64,000 nucleotides of DNA from an uncultured bacterium (GCA_964531335.1 CAZHEV010000004.1:26958-90957); one strand, 5' to 3'. Shown: positions 50,358 to 60,860, numbered from the stretch's first letter. A program made the numbers and translations. Notes: generated by a model not told the origin, from the letters alone.

Positions 50358-51341
50358 GTGGCGAAGAAACAGGGGTCATGGGTTCTTGTAGTCGGGGTGC
50401 TCTTGGCCGTGTTGGCGGCCGCCGCCGTCTATGCGTTCATGATGCACCAGCAGGAGATCGCGCGTGCGGGGACGGGGATTGACACGGTTCCCGTCGTCGT
50501 TGCGGCGACGGATCTCCCGTTCTCAACGAGGCTCGAGCCTATCCACATGAGAGTCGCGGCTTACCCGCGGGCGTCGGTTCCCACCGGGGCCGTGTCCACC
50601 CCTGACAGTCTCGTCGGCCAGACTCTCAAGGTTTTCGTAGTTGCGAACGAGCCGATCGTCAACTCGAAGCTCTCTTCGCGCGGGGGCGGTCTCTCGGTCA
50701 GGATTCCGGAGGACATGAGGGCGACGAGCGTAAACGTCAACGTGGCCTCCGGCGTCAGCGGGTTCGTCCTCCCGGGCGACAGGGTCGACGTCATGGTGAC
50801 GGTCGACACTCGCAGCTCGTTACAGGAGGCGATAACCAAGACAATACTTCAAAACGTGGAGGTGCTCGCGGCCGGGGCCAAGACCCGGGCCCAGAGCGAT
50901 GAGCCGATTCAGGTCCAGACCGTCACCTTGATGACGGATCTCGTGGGCGCGCAGAAGCTGGCGCTCGGCATCCAGGAGGGGAGTCTGCACCTCGCGCTGC
51001 GAAACCCTGAAGACCTCGGTCAGTTCATGTTGAGCAGGATCAGCACCAAGGAGCTGCTGGCGGACGACATGAAGTCCAAGTCGGAGCCGGTCAGAACGAC
51101 GGTGAGGAAGGTTACGCCCAAGCCGATAATCCCGCCGCACCTCGTATTCCTGGCGGTGGACAGGCTGGAGAAGGTCTGCCGGCTCAACGTGGAGGGAGAG
51201 GTGTCGCGCCAGCTCAGCGAGGGCGACAGCTTCAAGACCTGGACGGTGATCAGCATCGACGAAGACGGTGTCTCGGTGCGTGACGGCAAGACCGGTAAAG
51301 TGTTCAGCCTTTCGAGGCTTTCCATGGTGCCGCAGGACTAG
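50358..51341 (+). CDS. cpaB: Flp pilus assembly protein CpaB/RcpC with an extra C-terminal domain
   Basis: VVVAATDL SAF domain, GVSGFVLPGDRVDV, LQNVEVLAAG, LHLALRN. Confidence 0.9.
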   Translation: MAKKQGSWVLVVGVLLAVLAAAAVYAFMMHQQEIARAGTGIDTVPVVVAATDLPFSTRLEPIHMRVAAYPRASVPTGAVSTPDSLVGQTLKVFVVANEPIVNSKLSSRGGGLSVRIPEDMRATSVNVNVASGVSGFVLPGDRVDVMVTVDTRSSLQEAITKTILQNVEVLAAGAKTRAQSDEPIQVQTVTLMTDLVGAQKLALGIQEGSLHLALRNPEDLGQFMLSRISTKELLADDMKSKSEPVRTTVRKVTPKPIIPPHLVFLAVDRLEKVCRLNVEGEVSRQLSEGDSFKTWTVISIDEDGVSVRDGKTGKVFSLSRLSMVPQD

Positions 51342-51358
51342 CGCCGCGCGGGGCCGAT

Positions 51359-52594
51359 TTGCGGGAGTTGAGCGTGCCTGACGAGTTAGAAGTACTGATA
51401 GTAGATTCCGACGAGCGATCCAGGGAGTCTATCAAGGGACATCTGGCGTCCATACCCGCCGCTGCCGTGGTGGGGGAGGCCGACGGCGTACAGTCCGGGC
51501 TCAAGCTGGTCAAACAGCTCAAGCCCGCGCTTGTGATAATGCAGCTCAATCCCGTGAACGAGGCTCTCGCCGCCACGGAGAAGATAAAGACGGAGCATCC
51601 GCAGATCACGGTATACCTTACGGGCATGGACCTGGACGCGGAAGTGATTCTGCAGGCCATGCGCGCGGGGGCGTCCGAGTTGCTGGCGAGACCGGTGAAC
51701 GGGGTGGATATCAGCGCGGCGGTCAAGAAGCTAAGCGGCAGGTTGCAGCAGGAGAGCGCGGCCTCCCGTCAGGCGGGCAAGATCGTGACCGTGTTCAGCA
51801 ACAAGGGGGGCGTGGGGACGACCACCGTGGCGACGAACCTCGCCGTGGCCCTGGCCAAGGAGACGGGGGAGCAGGTGGTCATAGCGGACCTGGATCTCCA
51901 ACTCGGCGACGTCGCGCTGTTCCTGAACATGAGGCCGCGGTACACGATAGTGGACGTAGTCAGCCGCGGGCCGAACCTGGATCCAAGCTCGGTCCACAGC
52001 GCTCTGGTAAGGCACGAGTCCGGAGTGTATCTCCTGGGGGAGCCGCCCAGGCCTGAGGACGCCGACACCATTTCCGCCGATCAGGTCGGGCAGGTGCTGA
52101 GCCACCTTCGCCGGATGTTTCCTTTCGTGGTGGTGGACACCACCCATTCCTTCGAGGACCGGACCATAGAGGTTCTGGATATATCGGACCTGATACTCCT
52201 GGTCGTGCTCCTCGATCTTCCCAACATCAGAAACGTCCAGAGGTGCCTGGACATATTCAATAGACTTCCAGGCTACACAGCCGACAAGGTCAGGCTGGTT
52301 GTCAACAGGTACATGCCGGACCTCCAGATCGGAATTCCGCACGTGGAGCGCACGCTCAAAACGGAGGTTTACTGGAAGATTCCCAATGACTACGGGCGGG
52401 TGATAAACGCCATAAACTCAGGGGCGCCCTTGGCGCAGGCGGACGGGGGGTCCCCTCTCTCCTTCAGCTTCAAGAACCTGGCGCGGAACGTAGCCGGCCT
52501 CCCGATACTGAAGCCGGAGGATAAGCCCAAGAAGGCGAAACGCTTCGGGTTCTTCAAGTCGCGCAACGGGCGGACCGGCAAGGGAGAGAAGTAA
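51359..52594 (+). CDS. cpaE: CpaE/TadZ (atypical receiver + ParA/MinD-like ATPase)
   Basis: Receiver-like N-terminus, [21 protein letters not shown]. Confidence 0.88.
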   Translation: MRELSVPDELEVLIVDSDERSRESIKGHLASIPAAAVVGEADGVQSGLKLVKQLKPALVIMQLNPVNEALAATEKIKTEHPQITVYLTGMDLDAEVILQAMRAGASELLARPVNGVDISAAVKKLSGRLQQESAASRQAGKIVTVFSNKGGVGTTTVATNLAVALAKETGEQVVIADLDLQLGDVALFLNMRPRYTIVDVVSRGPNLDPSSVHSALVRHESGVYLLGEPPRPEDADTISADQVGQVLSHLRRMFPFVVVDTTHSFEDRTIEVLDISDLILLVVLLDLPNIRNVQRCLDIFNRLPGYTADKVRLVVNRYMPDLQIGIPHVERTLKTEVYWKIPNDYGRVINAINSGAPLAQADGGSPLSFSFKNLARNVAGLPILKPEDKPKKAKRFGFFKSRNGRTGKGEK

Positions 52595-53958
52595 TGGCAC
52601 TTCGAGACAGACTGAGAGACCGCCTGGCCAAGACCGATCGCGAGGCCGGGCCGGCCACCTCCAGGAGGAAGCCGCCCCGCGCGGTGAAAGCCGGCGACAG
52701 CTTCCAGGACCTGAAGACCAGAATACACAGGAAGCTCATAGAGAGGCTCGATCCCGACACACTCGAGAACGTGGACAGGGACACTCTGAAGGAGCAGATC
52801 CGTCCCATACTGGAGACCCTGCTCGCGGAAGAGGGCGTCTTCCTCTCGCTCGACGACAGGGAGAGGCTCATTCGGGAGATCAACGACGAGACCTTCGCTC
52901 TGGGGCCGATCGAGCCCTACTTCCACGATCCCGACGTGGCCGATATTCTCGTGAACGGCCCTTCCCAAGTCTACATAGAGCGCTTCGGCAAGCTCGAGAT
53001 GACCGGTACGACCTTCAAGGACGACGGCCATCTCATGCAGATAATAGACAGGATAGTGTCGAGGATCGGAAGGCGGATCGACGAGTCCTCGCCGTTCGTG
53101 GACGCCCGTCTCCCGGACGGGTCCAGGGTGAACGCGATAATCCCGCCGCTGGCGCTGGACGGGCCGATGCTCTCCATAAGGCGCTTCGGGGTGAACGTGC
53201 TGGGCATAAACGATCTCCTCAGGCTGGGGAGCCTGACCCCCGAGATGGCCGAGGTCCTCAAGGCCTGCGTGAAGGCCAGGCTCAGCATCTTGATCTCGGG
53301 CGGCACCGGCTCCGGAAAGACGACGCTCCTGAACATCCTCTCGGCTTTCATTCCAAACGACGAGCGCATTGTCACCATAGAGGACTCCGCCGAGCTTCAG
53401 CTACAGCAGCCTCACGTGGTGCGCCTGGAGACCCGGCCCCCGAACATCGAGGGCAAGGGCATGGTGACGCAGCGCGATCTCGTGCGGAACGCTCTGCGAA
53501 TGAGACCCGACCGAATACTGGTCGGGGAGGTCAGGGGCGCGGAGGTGATGGACATGCTCCAGGCCATGAACACCGGCCACGAGGGGTCTCTCACCACCCT
53601 GCACGCCAACAGCACGCGCGACGCGCTCACCAGGCTGGAGACTCTCATGCTGATGGCCGGGGTTAACATTCCCGATATGGCGATGCGGGAGATGATAAGC
53701 TCCGCCCTGGACGCGATAGTGCAGGTCTCCAGGCTCAGCGACGGCAGCCGAAAGGTCGTGAGCCTGTCTGAGGTAGTTGGCATGGAGAGCGGCGTGGTAT
53801 CCATGCAGGAGGTCTTCGCGTTCCGGAAGACGGGCATAGGCGAGCACGGGGAGGTCCTCGGTCAATTCAGATCGACGGGCGTGCGGCCCAAGTTCGCCGA
53901 GAAGCTGAAAGTGGCGGGCATAGATCTCCCGCCGAGCATATTCGGCCATCGTGGATGA
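52594..53958 (+). CDS. cpaF: Tad secretion ATPase CpaF/TadA
   Basis: [39 protein letters not shown]. Confidence 0.96.
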   Translation: MALRDRLRDRLAKTDREAGPATSRRKPPRAVKAGDSFQDLKTRIHRKLIERLDPDTLENVDRDTLKEQIRPILETLLAEEGVFLSLDDRERLIREINDETFALGPIEPYFHDPDVADILVNGPSQVYIERFGKLEMTGTTFKDDGHLMQIIDRIVSRIGRRIDESSPFVDARLPDGSRVNAIIPPLALDGPMLSIRRFGVNVLGINDLLRLGSLTPEMAEVLKACVKARLSILISGGTGSGKTTLLNILSAFIPNDERIVTIEDSAELQLQQPHVVRLETRPPNIEGKGMVTQRDLVRNALRMRPDRILVGEVRGAEVMDMLQAMNTGHEGSLTTLHANSTRDALTRLETLMLMAGVNIPDMAMREMISSALDAIVQVSRLSDGSRKVVSLSEVVGMESGVVSMQEVFAFRKTGIGEHGEVLGQFRSTGVRPKFAEKLKVAGIDLPPSIFGHRG

Positions 53959-54934
53959 AGCTATGATACTGCCGATAATCGCCACAGCAGCGGCCTTCCT
54001 GGCTGTGCTCCTCATCCTCTGGGCCTTCTACAGCGCGGCCTCGGGCGGGAGGGACCAGGCGTCCAAGAAGGTTGAGGAGCGCATGGAGGCGCTGGCCCGC
54101 CGGGGAGAGGCGACGGTATATCCGTCGCTGCTGAGGGACGAGTCGCTCAGCGAGATCCCGACGCTCGACAGGATGCTGCACAACTGGAACCTGGCCCGCC
54201 GGCTGGACGTCCTCCTCAGGCAGGCCGATATGAAGATGAGGGTGGGCGTCCTGATCCTCCTCATGCTGGTGTTGGCCTCGGCCGCGATACTCATTGTGAC
54301 CTGGATCACGGGCCATCTGCCGCTCGGTCTCGCCTCCGGCCTCTTCGTCGGGCTGATCCCGTACTGGGCCGTTAAGCGCAAGAAGGCGGAGAGGATCAAG
54401 AGATTCGAGGAGAACTTTCCGGACGCCTTGGACCTGTTCGTCAACGCGCTGAGGGCCGGTTACGCCTTCAGCGGCGCGATGAGCATGGTCGCCGAGGAAG
54501 CGCCGTATCCAGTCGCGAGGGAGTTCGCGATCGCCTTCGAGGAGCACGAGCTGGGGCTGGACACGAAGGACTGCCTACTGAACATGGTCGAGCGCGTGGA
54601 CAGCGTGGACCTGAAGCTCTTCGTGACCGCCATCATGATCCAGAGGGAGACGGGGGGCAACCTGGCCGAGGTGCTGGACAAGATAGGCAGCGTCATAAGG
54701 GAGAGGTTCAGGATCCTGGGGGAGGTCAGGGCCTTCTCCGCGCAGGGCCGGTTCTCGGGGTTGGTCCTCGGGATACTGCCGATAGTGGTGGCTCTGATAT
54801 TCTCGGTCCTGGTTCCGGATTACATGGCTACGCTGGTCAGGGACCCAATAGGGAAGGCGCTGATAGGCGCGGCGATCGTCCTTCAGATTCTGGGGTTCCT
54901 GGCCATCAGGAAGATAGTCGCGATAAAGGTGTGA
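53951..54934 (+). CDS. tadB: TadB (type II secretion F family)
   Basis: [30 protein letters not shown]. Confidence 0.92.
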   Translation: MDEAMILPIIATAAAFLAVLLILWAFYSAASGGRDQASKKVEERMEALARRGEATVYPSLLRDESLSEIPTLDRMLHNWNLARRLDVLLRQADMKMRVGVLILLMLVLASAAILIVTWITGHLPLGLASGLFVGLIPYWAVKRKKAERIKRFEENFPDALDLFVNALRAGYAFSGAMSMVAEEAPYPVAREFAIAFEEHELGLDTKDCLLNMVERVDSVDLKLFVTAIMIQRETGGNLAEVLDKIGSVIRERFRILGEVRAFSAQGRFSGLVLGILPIVVALIFSVLVPDYMATLVRDPIGKALIGAAIVLQILGFLAIRKIVAIKV

Positions 54935-54935
54935 G

Positions 54936-55874
54936 ATGGAGTACATACCCTTTTTAATCGTCGCCGCCGTTTTTGCCGCCGTGTTGACCCTGTCGGTCGC
55001 GGCGTACAGGATGCTCTCCACGGGGCAGGTCTACGTGGAGGAGCGGCTGAAGGAGATATCGGTCGCCGGGGAACACAGGGACCTGCGGCTGATGGTGGAC
55101 GGGAGCAGGGAGTCGCTGGTGGAGAAGCTCCTCGGGCGGTTCTCCAAGCTGGTCCCCCAGACCTTCAAGCCCGCCGATCTCAAGGCGATGCTTGTGCAGG
55201 CCGGCTACAGGCGGCCCGGCGCGGTCCCCGCTTACATCGGCTCCAAGGTCTTCTTGGCAATACTGGTTCCACTGGTGATATTGAGCCCCGGCGTCTTCCT
55301 GGGGCGGGGGAGCCCCGGCTTCGTGGTTCTGGCTGCGGCCCTGGCCTTGCTGGGGTGGTTCATACCCAACTTCTGGGTGGCGGCGAAGATTTCCAAGAGA
55401 AAGACCGAGATAAGGCACGCCTTGCCGGACGCTCTGGATCTAATGGTGGTTTGCGTGGAGTCCGGGCTCGGCCTGAACGCGTCGATACTGCGCGTAGGCC
55501 AGGAGCTGAGGCTGACAAGCCCGGCCCTGAGCTCGGAGCTGAGGCTGGTCAACCAGGAGATACTGGCCGGCAAGCCCAGGGCCGAGGCCCTGAGGAACTT
55601 GTCGCGGCGGACGGGCGTGGACGACATGAAGTCCCTGGTGGCGATGCTCATACAGACGGACAAGCTGGGGACCAGCATCGCTTCCTCGCTCAGGATCCAG
55701 TCCGATTCCCTCAGGACGAAGCGTCGCCACAGAGCGGAGGAGGCCGCGAGGAAAGTGGCGGTGAAGCTCGTGTTTCCACTGGTTCTGTTTATTTTCCCGG
55801 AGCTGCTCGTCGTATTGATCGGCCCCGGCATAATAAGGTTGCTCAGGGCTCTTAGTCAGGTCGCTGTTGGTTAG
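54936..55874 (+). CDS. tadC: TadC
   Basis: LPDALDLMVVCVESGLGL, IQTDKLGTSI, AEEAARK.AVKLVFPL. Confidence 0.92.
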   Translation: MEYIPFLIVAAVFAAVLTLSVAAYRMLSTGQVYVEERLKEISVAGEHRDLRLMVDGSRESLVEKLLGRFSKLVPQTFKPADLKAMLVQAGYRRPGAVPAYIGSKVFLAILVPLVILSPGVFLGRGSPGFVVLAAALALLGWFIPNFWVAAKISKRKTEIRHALPDALDLMVVCVESGLGLNASILRVGQELRLTSPALSSELRLVNQEILAGKPRAEALRNLSRRTGVDDMKSLVAMLIQTDKLGTSIASSLRIQSDSLRTKRRHRAEEAARKVAVKLVFPLVLFIFPELLVVLIGPGIIRLLRALSQVAVG

Positions 55875-55944
55875 CAAGTTGCTGTTCTGGTCCGGGATCG
55901 TGCCATCCCCAACTCTCGCCGCCGGCGAGACGGAGGTTCATCCT

Positions 55945-56049
55945 ATGAGTACGTTGATCATCGTGTTAATCGTGGCCGCGATTATCGTCGGTATCCTGTA
56001 TTTCAACGTTCGGTCGGCCAGGAAGAAACGCGAGGGCGGGGCGAAGTAG
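55945..56049 (+). CDS. 34-aa single-TM small protein
   Basis: SD GGAGG; MSTLIIVLIVAAIIVGILYFNVRSARKKREGGAK; lies before the terminator. Confidence 0.6.
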   Translation: MSTLIIVLIVAAIIVGILYFNVRSARKKREGGAK

Positions 56050-56065
56050 GGGGTAATGTCTTGAC

Positions 56066-56108
56066 GGGGGGTGAGGGAGCGGGGCTCCTTCACCCTCTCT
56101 TTGTTTTG
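56066..56108 (+). terminator. Intrinsic terminator ending the Tad operon
   Basis: GGGGGGTGAGGGAGC/GCTCCTTCACCCTCT followed by CTTTGTTTT. Confidence 0.75.
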
Positions 56109-56137
56109 TACAGTCGGTTCCCGAGGAATTACAGGCC

Positions 56138-58561
56138 ATGAAGAATAGTAAATCAAGGAGCCGGGCGGCCGCCGCGCTCATCGAGCTTTCTTTGATCCCG
56201 TTGTCCAGCTCGGTGATATACCCGTCCGACGTCACGTCGTTCACCATCCATCTTCCCGGCACCAAGAAGATCCTGGAATCGGCCGGCGGCGATGAGCCGC
56301 GGGTCGTGCTTTATTTCATGTCCGGTCCGGAGGCAGTGCTTGCGGAGGACGACCTCCCGGCGGTGGGCCTGGAGGCCCGGATCCTCAGCAAGATAGCCAT
56401 GCCCGAGGACTCCTATCAAGTGACCTTCCAGGGATTGAGGAGGGTCGTGATAACCGAGATCCACAGTACGGAGCCCTTCACCGTGGTCTCGACAGAGCGC
56501 GCGAGGGAGAGAACGTACGACGCGGAGGCCTTGCGGTCGCTGGCCAACCAGGTCATAGAGCGCTGCAACCTCCTGGCCGAGGCCGACGAGAGATACTCGG
56601 TGGAGTCGATAGAGATCCTGCGCCTCAACCTGGGCGATCCGGGCAGGCTGGCTGACATGGTGGCGGGCGGCTTCAGCCTCCAGCTACAGGGTAGGCGCAG
56701 AATACTCGAGCTCATCGACGTGGAGGAGAGGCTCAAGGCCCTGCTGCCCCTGCTCGACAACGAGCTGAGAAAGAGCACCTTGCTCTCCAGCATTGTGAGG
56801 AAGGCGAAGTCGGGAATCGAGGACGGCGAGAGAAGGGAGCTTCTCAAGAGGCAGTTGGAGGTAATAAAGGCCGAGCTGGGCGAGGAGTATCCCCAGACGA
56901 TCCAGGCGAAGGAGAACATGGCGCGGCTGGAGGCCGCGCCGCTTCCCGACGAGATCAAGCGGCAGATAAGGCATGAGATAAACCGCCTGGCCACGCTCCC
57001 CTACGTCTCCCAGGACTACAGCGAGGTCCTTACCTACCTGGACTGGGTCTTCTCGCTGCCCTGGGCCAGGCAGGAGAGAAAGCCGATCGACGTCGAGCGG
57101 GTCAGAGCCGTCCTGGAGGAGGACCATTTCGGCATAGGCTACGTCAAGGAGAGGATCGTCGAGTACCTGTCCGTCCTTAGCCTGAAGAGCGACTTCGAGG
57201 GCCCCGTTCTCTGCATAGTGGGTCCGACCGGCACCGGCAAGACGTCGCTCGCCGAGTCCGTGGCCGAGGGTCTGGGCAGGAAGCTGGTCGAGGTGAGCCT
57301 GGAGGCGGGCGCCGAGGAGGCCGACGTCAGCGGCACCGACCGAAACTACATCGAGGCGGGTCCGGGCAAGGTAATCCAGGCGCTGAGGGAGGCGGGCACC
57401 GCCGACCCGGTGATTGTCCTGGACGGCATAGACGGGCTGACCGACGAAGAGGACCGAGAGACGGTGCTCGCGCTGGCCGATCTGTTCGCCCCGGACAAGC
57501 GCCACAGGTTCACCGACAGGTACTTGGGCTTTCCATTCGACCTTTCGCGGGTCCTTTTCGTGTGCACGGCGTCGGTCGATTACGATATCCCGTACCTTCT
57601 CGAGGGCAAGCTGGACCTGGTCCATCTCGCCGGCTACACGGGCTCCGAGAAGCTGAATATCACTTTCAAGCACCTCTTGCCCGGGCGGGTGAAGGCGTAC
57701 GGTCTGGAGGAGTCGGACCTCACGATGAGCAAGCGGACTCTGAGGTGGCTCATCCACTCCTACACGCGCGAGGCGGGCTTGAAGCAGCTAACCGCGCTGC
57801 TGAACATCGTGTGCAAGCGCAGGGCGGCTGAGAAGGTGGCCGGCTCCGCGTTCGTTTCGAAGGTCGGACGCAGGGACCTCAGGAAGTATCTCGGCCCGCC
57901 ACGCTACCCCAACGTCCCCAGAAAGCCCGAGGTGGGTGTGGCGACCGGGCTGGCGTGGACCAGCACGGGAGGCGACGTGCTGGTCATAGAGGCGCTCAAG
58001 ATGAGGGGCGAAGGGGAGCTCGTCGCTACCGGTCAGCTAGGCCAGGTCATGTCGGAGTCGATAAAGGCGGCCCACAGCTACGTGCGCTCGAGGGCCGACA
58101 TGTTGAAGATATCCCAAAAGGAAATTGAAAAGTACGACATACATATCCACTTCCCGGAGGGAGGCGTCCCCAAGGACGGCCCCTCGGCGGGAGTCGCGGC
58201 TACCCTGGCCATCGCCTCCATCCTCAGCGGGAGGCCGATACGGGCGGACCTGGCGGTAACGGGCGAGGCCACCCTGACGGGGAAGGTGCTCGCGGTGGGC
58301 GGGATAAGGGAGAAGATAATGGCCGCCTATCGAGCGGGCCTCCACACGTTGGTCTTCCCCAAGCCCAACGAAGAGGACCTGCTGGACGTGCCCGAGGACG
58401 TCCTGGGCAAGATGGAGCTCATCGCCATAGAGCGCATGGACGAGGCGCTCGAGGTAGCCCTCGTGGACCCGGACGCCACGGAGTCCGTCAAGGAGGCGAC
58501 CTCGGGTCCCGACCCCCGAAGGCGAAGAGGCCGCGCCGCGCGGAGGCAGGCCGCCGGCTGA
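56138..58561 (+). CDS. lon: Lon (endopeptidase La) homolog with a degenerate AAA+ module
   Basis: LON-N domain, DHFG..VKERI.EYL, GPTGTGKTS, YTREAG, GLAWT..GG, PKDGPSAG (Ser) and GGIREK (Lys). Confidence 0.85.
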   Translation: MKNSKSRSRAAAALIELSLIPLSSSVIYPSDVTSFTIHLPGTKKILESAGGDEPRVVLYFMSGPEAVLAEDDLPAVGLEARILSKIAMPEDSYQVTFQGLRRVVITEIHSTEPFTVVSTERARERTYDAEALRSLANQVIERCNLLAEADERYSVESIEILRLNLGDPGRLADMVAGGFSLQLQGRRRILELIDVEERLKALLPLLDNELRKSTLLSSIVRKAKSGIEDGERRELLKRQLEVIKAELGEEYPQTIQAKENMARLEAAPLPDEIKRQIRHEINRLATLPYVSQDYSEVLTYLDWVFSLPWARQERKPIDVERVRAVLEEDHFGIGYVKERIVEYLSVLSLKSDFEGPVLCIVGPTGTGKTSLAESVAEGLGRKLVEVSLEAGAEEADVSGTDRNYIEAGPGKVIQALREAGTADPVIVLDGIDGLTDEEDRETVLALADLFAPDKRHRFTDRYLGFPFDLSRVLFVCTASVDYDIPYLLEGKLDLVHLAGYTGSEKLNITFKHLLPGRVKAYGLEESDLTMSKRTLRWLIHSYTREAGLKQLTALLNIVCKRRAAEKVAGSAFVSKVGRRDLRKYLGPPRYPNVPRKPEVGVATGLAWTSTGGDVLVIEALKMRGEGELVATGQLGQVMSESIKAAHSYVRSRADMLKISQKEIEKYDIHIHFPEGGVPKDGPSAGVAATLAIASILSGRPIRADLAVTGEATLTGKVLAVGGIREKIMAAYRAGLHTLVFPKPNEEDLLDVPEDVLGKMELIAIERMDEALEVALVDPDATESVKEATSGPDPRRRRGRAARRQAAG

Positions 58562-58671
58562 CGCGGCGGAGCGCCCGAGCCGGGGCTCAGGCGCTGAGGC
58601 CGGGGGGATCGCCCTTGAGCGGCCGCCACGCGATGCCGCGGCGGCGGCCGGTCGCGACGCCGAGCCTCGCC

Positions 58672-60582
58672 TCAATCGCTCTCATTCTCTTTCAGGCTGC
58701 CGCCGCCCGCCCGAAGCTCCTCTATCTTCCTTGTGAGAAAGCCCATGGCGTCAGGGTCCCGGGGCGGGTTGACCTCCAGGTACCGCGCGTAGGCGTCGGC
58801 CGCCTCATCGAGTCGTCCGCATTTTTCCAGGGTGGCGGCGAGGTTGTAGAGGGCCTTGTGGTAGTCCGGCTTGGCCTCGACGGACCTTTTCAGCGCGGAG
58901 ATCGCCTTGTCGCAGTTTCCCTTTTCGAGATAAGCGAACCCCAGGTTGTTGAGGGTCTGGTGCACCATCTCGCTGCGATCGTCCATCTCGATCGCCTTCT
59001 CCATGAGCTCTATGCCGCCCTCCAGGTCCCCGGACCTCTTCACTATGAGGCCTTTCGTGGCGGGCACCTCCGCGTACTCGGGGGCTATGCTCTCCGCGGC
59101 CGCTATCGCGTGGAGAGCCCCTGTCAGGTCGCCCCTTTTCTGCAAGGCAAGCGCGGTGCGCAGATAGGTCCGCGCCTCCTGAATGGAGTTCCACTCCCTC
59201 ATCTTCATCTTAGGGTCGGGATAGTTCCCGCCGGGCTCCGGAAGCGAGCTCTTGTCCCTCTTGGGCGTTCCGAGATAACCGAGGGTCATCATCTTCTCCG
59301 TTATCTCGTCGTCGCTTTCCGCAAGCTCGGCGCGAAGATGACCGGGCCCATGGGAAAGCCCCTCCTCGAGGGTCGCGAGCATGGCCTCGAATTCGGCGAG
59401 CCGGTCGGTCCGGCTCTCGGCCAGGTTGTTCACCTCGCCTGGGTCGTTTCGCAGGTCGTAGAGCTCCGGCACCGGCGCTCTTACGTATTTCCAGTCGCCG
59501 GTCCTGAGGGCCTGCATCTCGTGCCATCTATAGGAGTACAACGTGTGGAAAGTCTCGATGTAGGCCTGCGTCGGCTCGAGCTCCTCCGTGCCCATGACCG
59601 CCGCGGCGAGAGACCGCCCCTGAACGGTCTCCGGCACGGCCAGCCCCGCCAGGTCGAGAATCGTGGGCATCACGTCCGCCGTCGTGACCTGCGTCGAGAT
59701 CGTAACGCCCGCGGGGAGCTCTCCCGGACGGCTGAATATGAGAGGAACCGCCACCGTCGCGTCGTATAGGAAGAACCCATGCGATCCCTCGCCGTGCTGC
59801 AACAGGTCCTCGCCGTGATCGGACGTGAAGACCACGAGCGTCTCCTCTTCGAGCCCCGACTCATCGAGTCCGTTCAGGAGCACGCCTATCTGCGCGTCCG
59901 TGTAGGCGACCTCCCCGTCGTAGGGCGCCATGAAGTACCTGTCGTCGAAAGGAGGGGGCGGATCGTAGTAAAGATGAGGGTCGAAGTAGTGCACCATGCA
60001 CATGAAGGGACCGCCGCGCTTGTTCCCCTCGATCCACTCGAGCGCCGCCGCGGTCACGTCCTCGGCCCTTCGCTGGGTCCCCTGGAGCTGCTCGACCTGG
60101 GTGGCGTACATCCGGCTGTAGACCGGGAACTCTCCGCTCATGTCGTCGTCGTAGTGATCGAAGCCGTCCGCGAAGCCGTAGCGCCTGTCCAGGACCATCG
60201 ATGCGACGAAGCCGGCCGTCCTGTATCCGGCCTCCTTGAAAGGCCCCGCCAGCTTGGGAAGCGAAGGGCTCAAGGCGAAAAGCTCGTTGTCCCTTACCTC
60301 GTGAAGCGTCGGATAGGTGCCCGTGATAAGGGTCGCCACTGAAGGCGCAGTTACGGGCGACGAGGTCACGACGTCCGCGAACTTCACACCGCGCGAGGCC
60401 AGCCTGTCTATATGGGGGGTGCGGATGTCCCTGTATCCATAGCATCTGAGGTGGTCCGCCCTCAGAGTGTCCACTATTATGAAAAGCACGTTGGGGCCTT
60501 TGTCCCCGCCGCCGCACGAGGCGAGCGCCATGGGGATCGCCGCGGCCGCGGCCAGTATGGAGATAGCCCGTCTGAAGCGCAT
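58672..60582 (-). CDS. Sulfatase-like hydrolase lipoprotein with C-terminal TPR repeats
   Basis: LASC lipobox, PNVLFIIVDTLRADHL, TPHIDRLA, HYFDPH, YDGEV, SDHGE, ELYDL..DPGE; TPRs. Confidence 0.88.
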   Translation of the reverse strand: MRFRRAISILAAAAAIPMALASCGGGDKGPNVLFIIVDTLRADHLRCYGYRDIRTPHIDRLASRGVKFADVVTSSPVTAPSVATLITGTYPTLHEVRDNELFALSPSLPKLAGPFKEAGYRTAGFVASMVLDRRYGFADGFDHYDDDMSGEFPVYSRMYATQVEQLQGTQRRAEDVTAAALEWIEGNKRGGPFMCMVHYFDPHLYYDPPPPFDDRYFMAPYDGEVAYTDAQIGVLLNGLDESGLEEETLVVFTSDHGEDLLQHGEGSHGFFLYDATVAVPLIFSRPGELPAGVTISTQVTTADVMPTILDLAGLAVPETVQGRSLAAAVMGTEELEPTQAYIETFHTLYSYRWHEMQALRTGDWKYVRAPVPELYDLRNDPGEVNNLAESRTDRLAEFEAMLATLEEGLSHGPGHLRAELAESDDEITEKMMTLGYLGTPKRDKSSLPEPGGNYPDPKMKMREWNSIQEARTYLRTALALQKRGDLTGALHAIAAAESIAPEYAEVPATKGLIVKRSGDLEGGIELMEKAIEMDDRSEMVHQTLNNLGFAYLEKGNCDKAISALKRSVEAKPDYHKALYNLAATLEKCGRLDEAADAYARYLEVNPPRDPDAMGFLTRKIEELRAGGGSLKENESD

Positions 60583-60781
60583 ATATGCCTCCCATGAATT
60601 GGTTCTCGTTCAATCTCGACCGAGAACCCTCATGATCCAGCCTATCACGCCCCTTTACCCCCGGCAACCGTACGAAGGCGGGCGTAATTGTAGTGACACG
60701 GCGTGGGGGGCGCTTCGCGCCGTCTGAGCAAGGCGGCCTCGGCCCTCCAGGGGGGTCACCATGTCTATTCCCATTCCCACC

Positions 60782-60811
60782 CGGAGCGCTGGAAAACGGA
60801 GCGCTGGAAAA
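60782..60811. repeat. 15-bp perfect tandem repeat x2
   Basis: CGGAGCGCTGGAAAA at 60782-60796 and 60797-60811. Confidence 0.9.
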
Positions 60812-60814
60812 CCC

Positions 60815-60843
60815 TTGCGCCCCGCCCGCGAGGAGGATACAAT
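60815..60843 (+). promoter_or_regulatory. sigma70 promoter TTGCGC-N17-TACAAT of the pyr operon
   Basis: Directly precedes the PyrR leader. Confidence 0.65.
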
Positions 60844-60860
60844 CCCCTCGATAGAGACAG

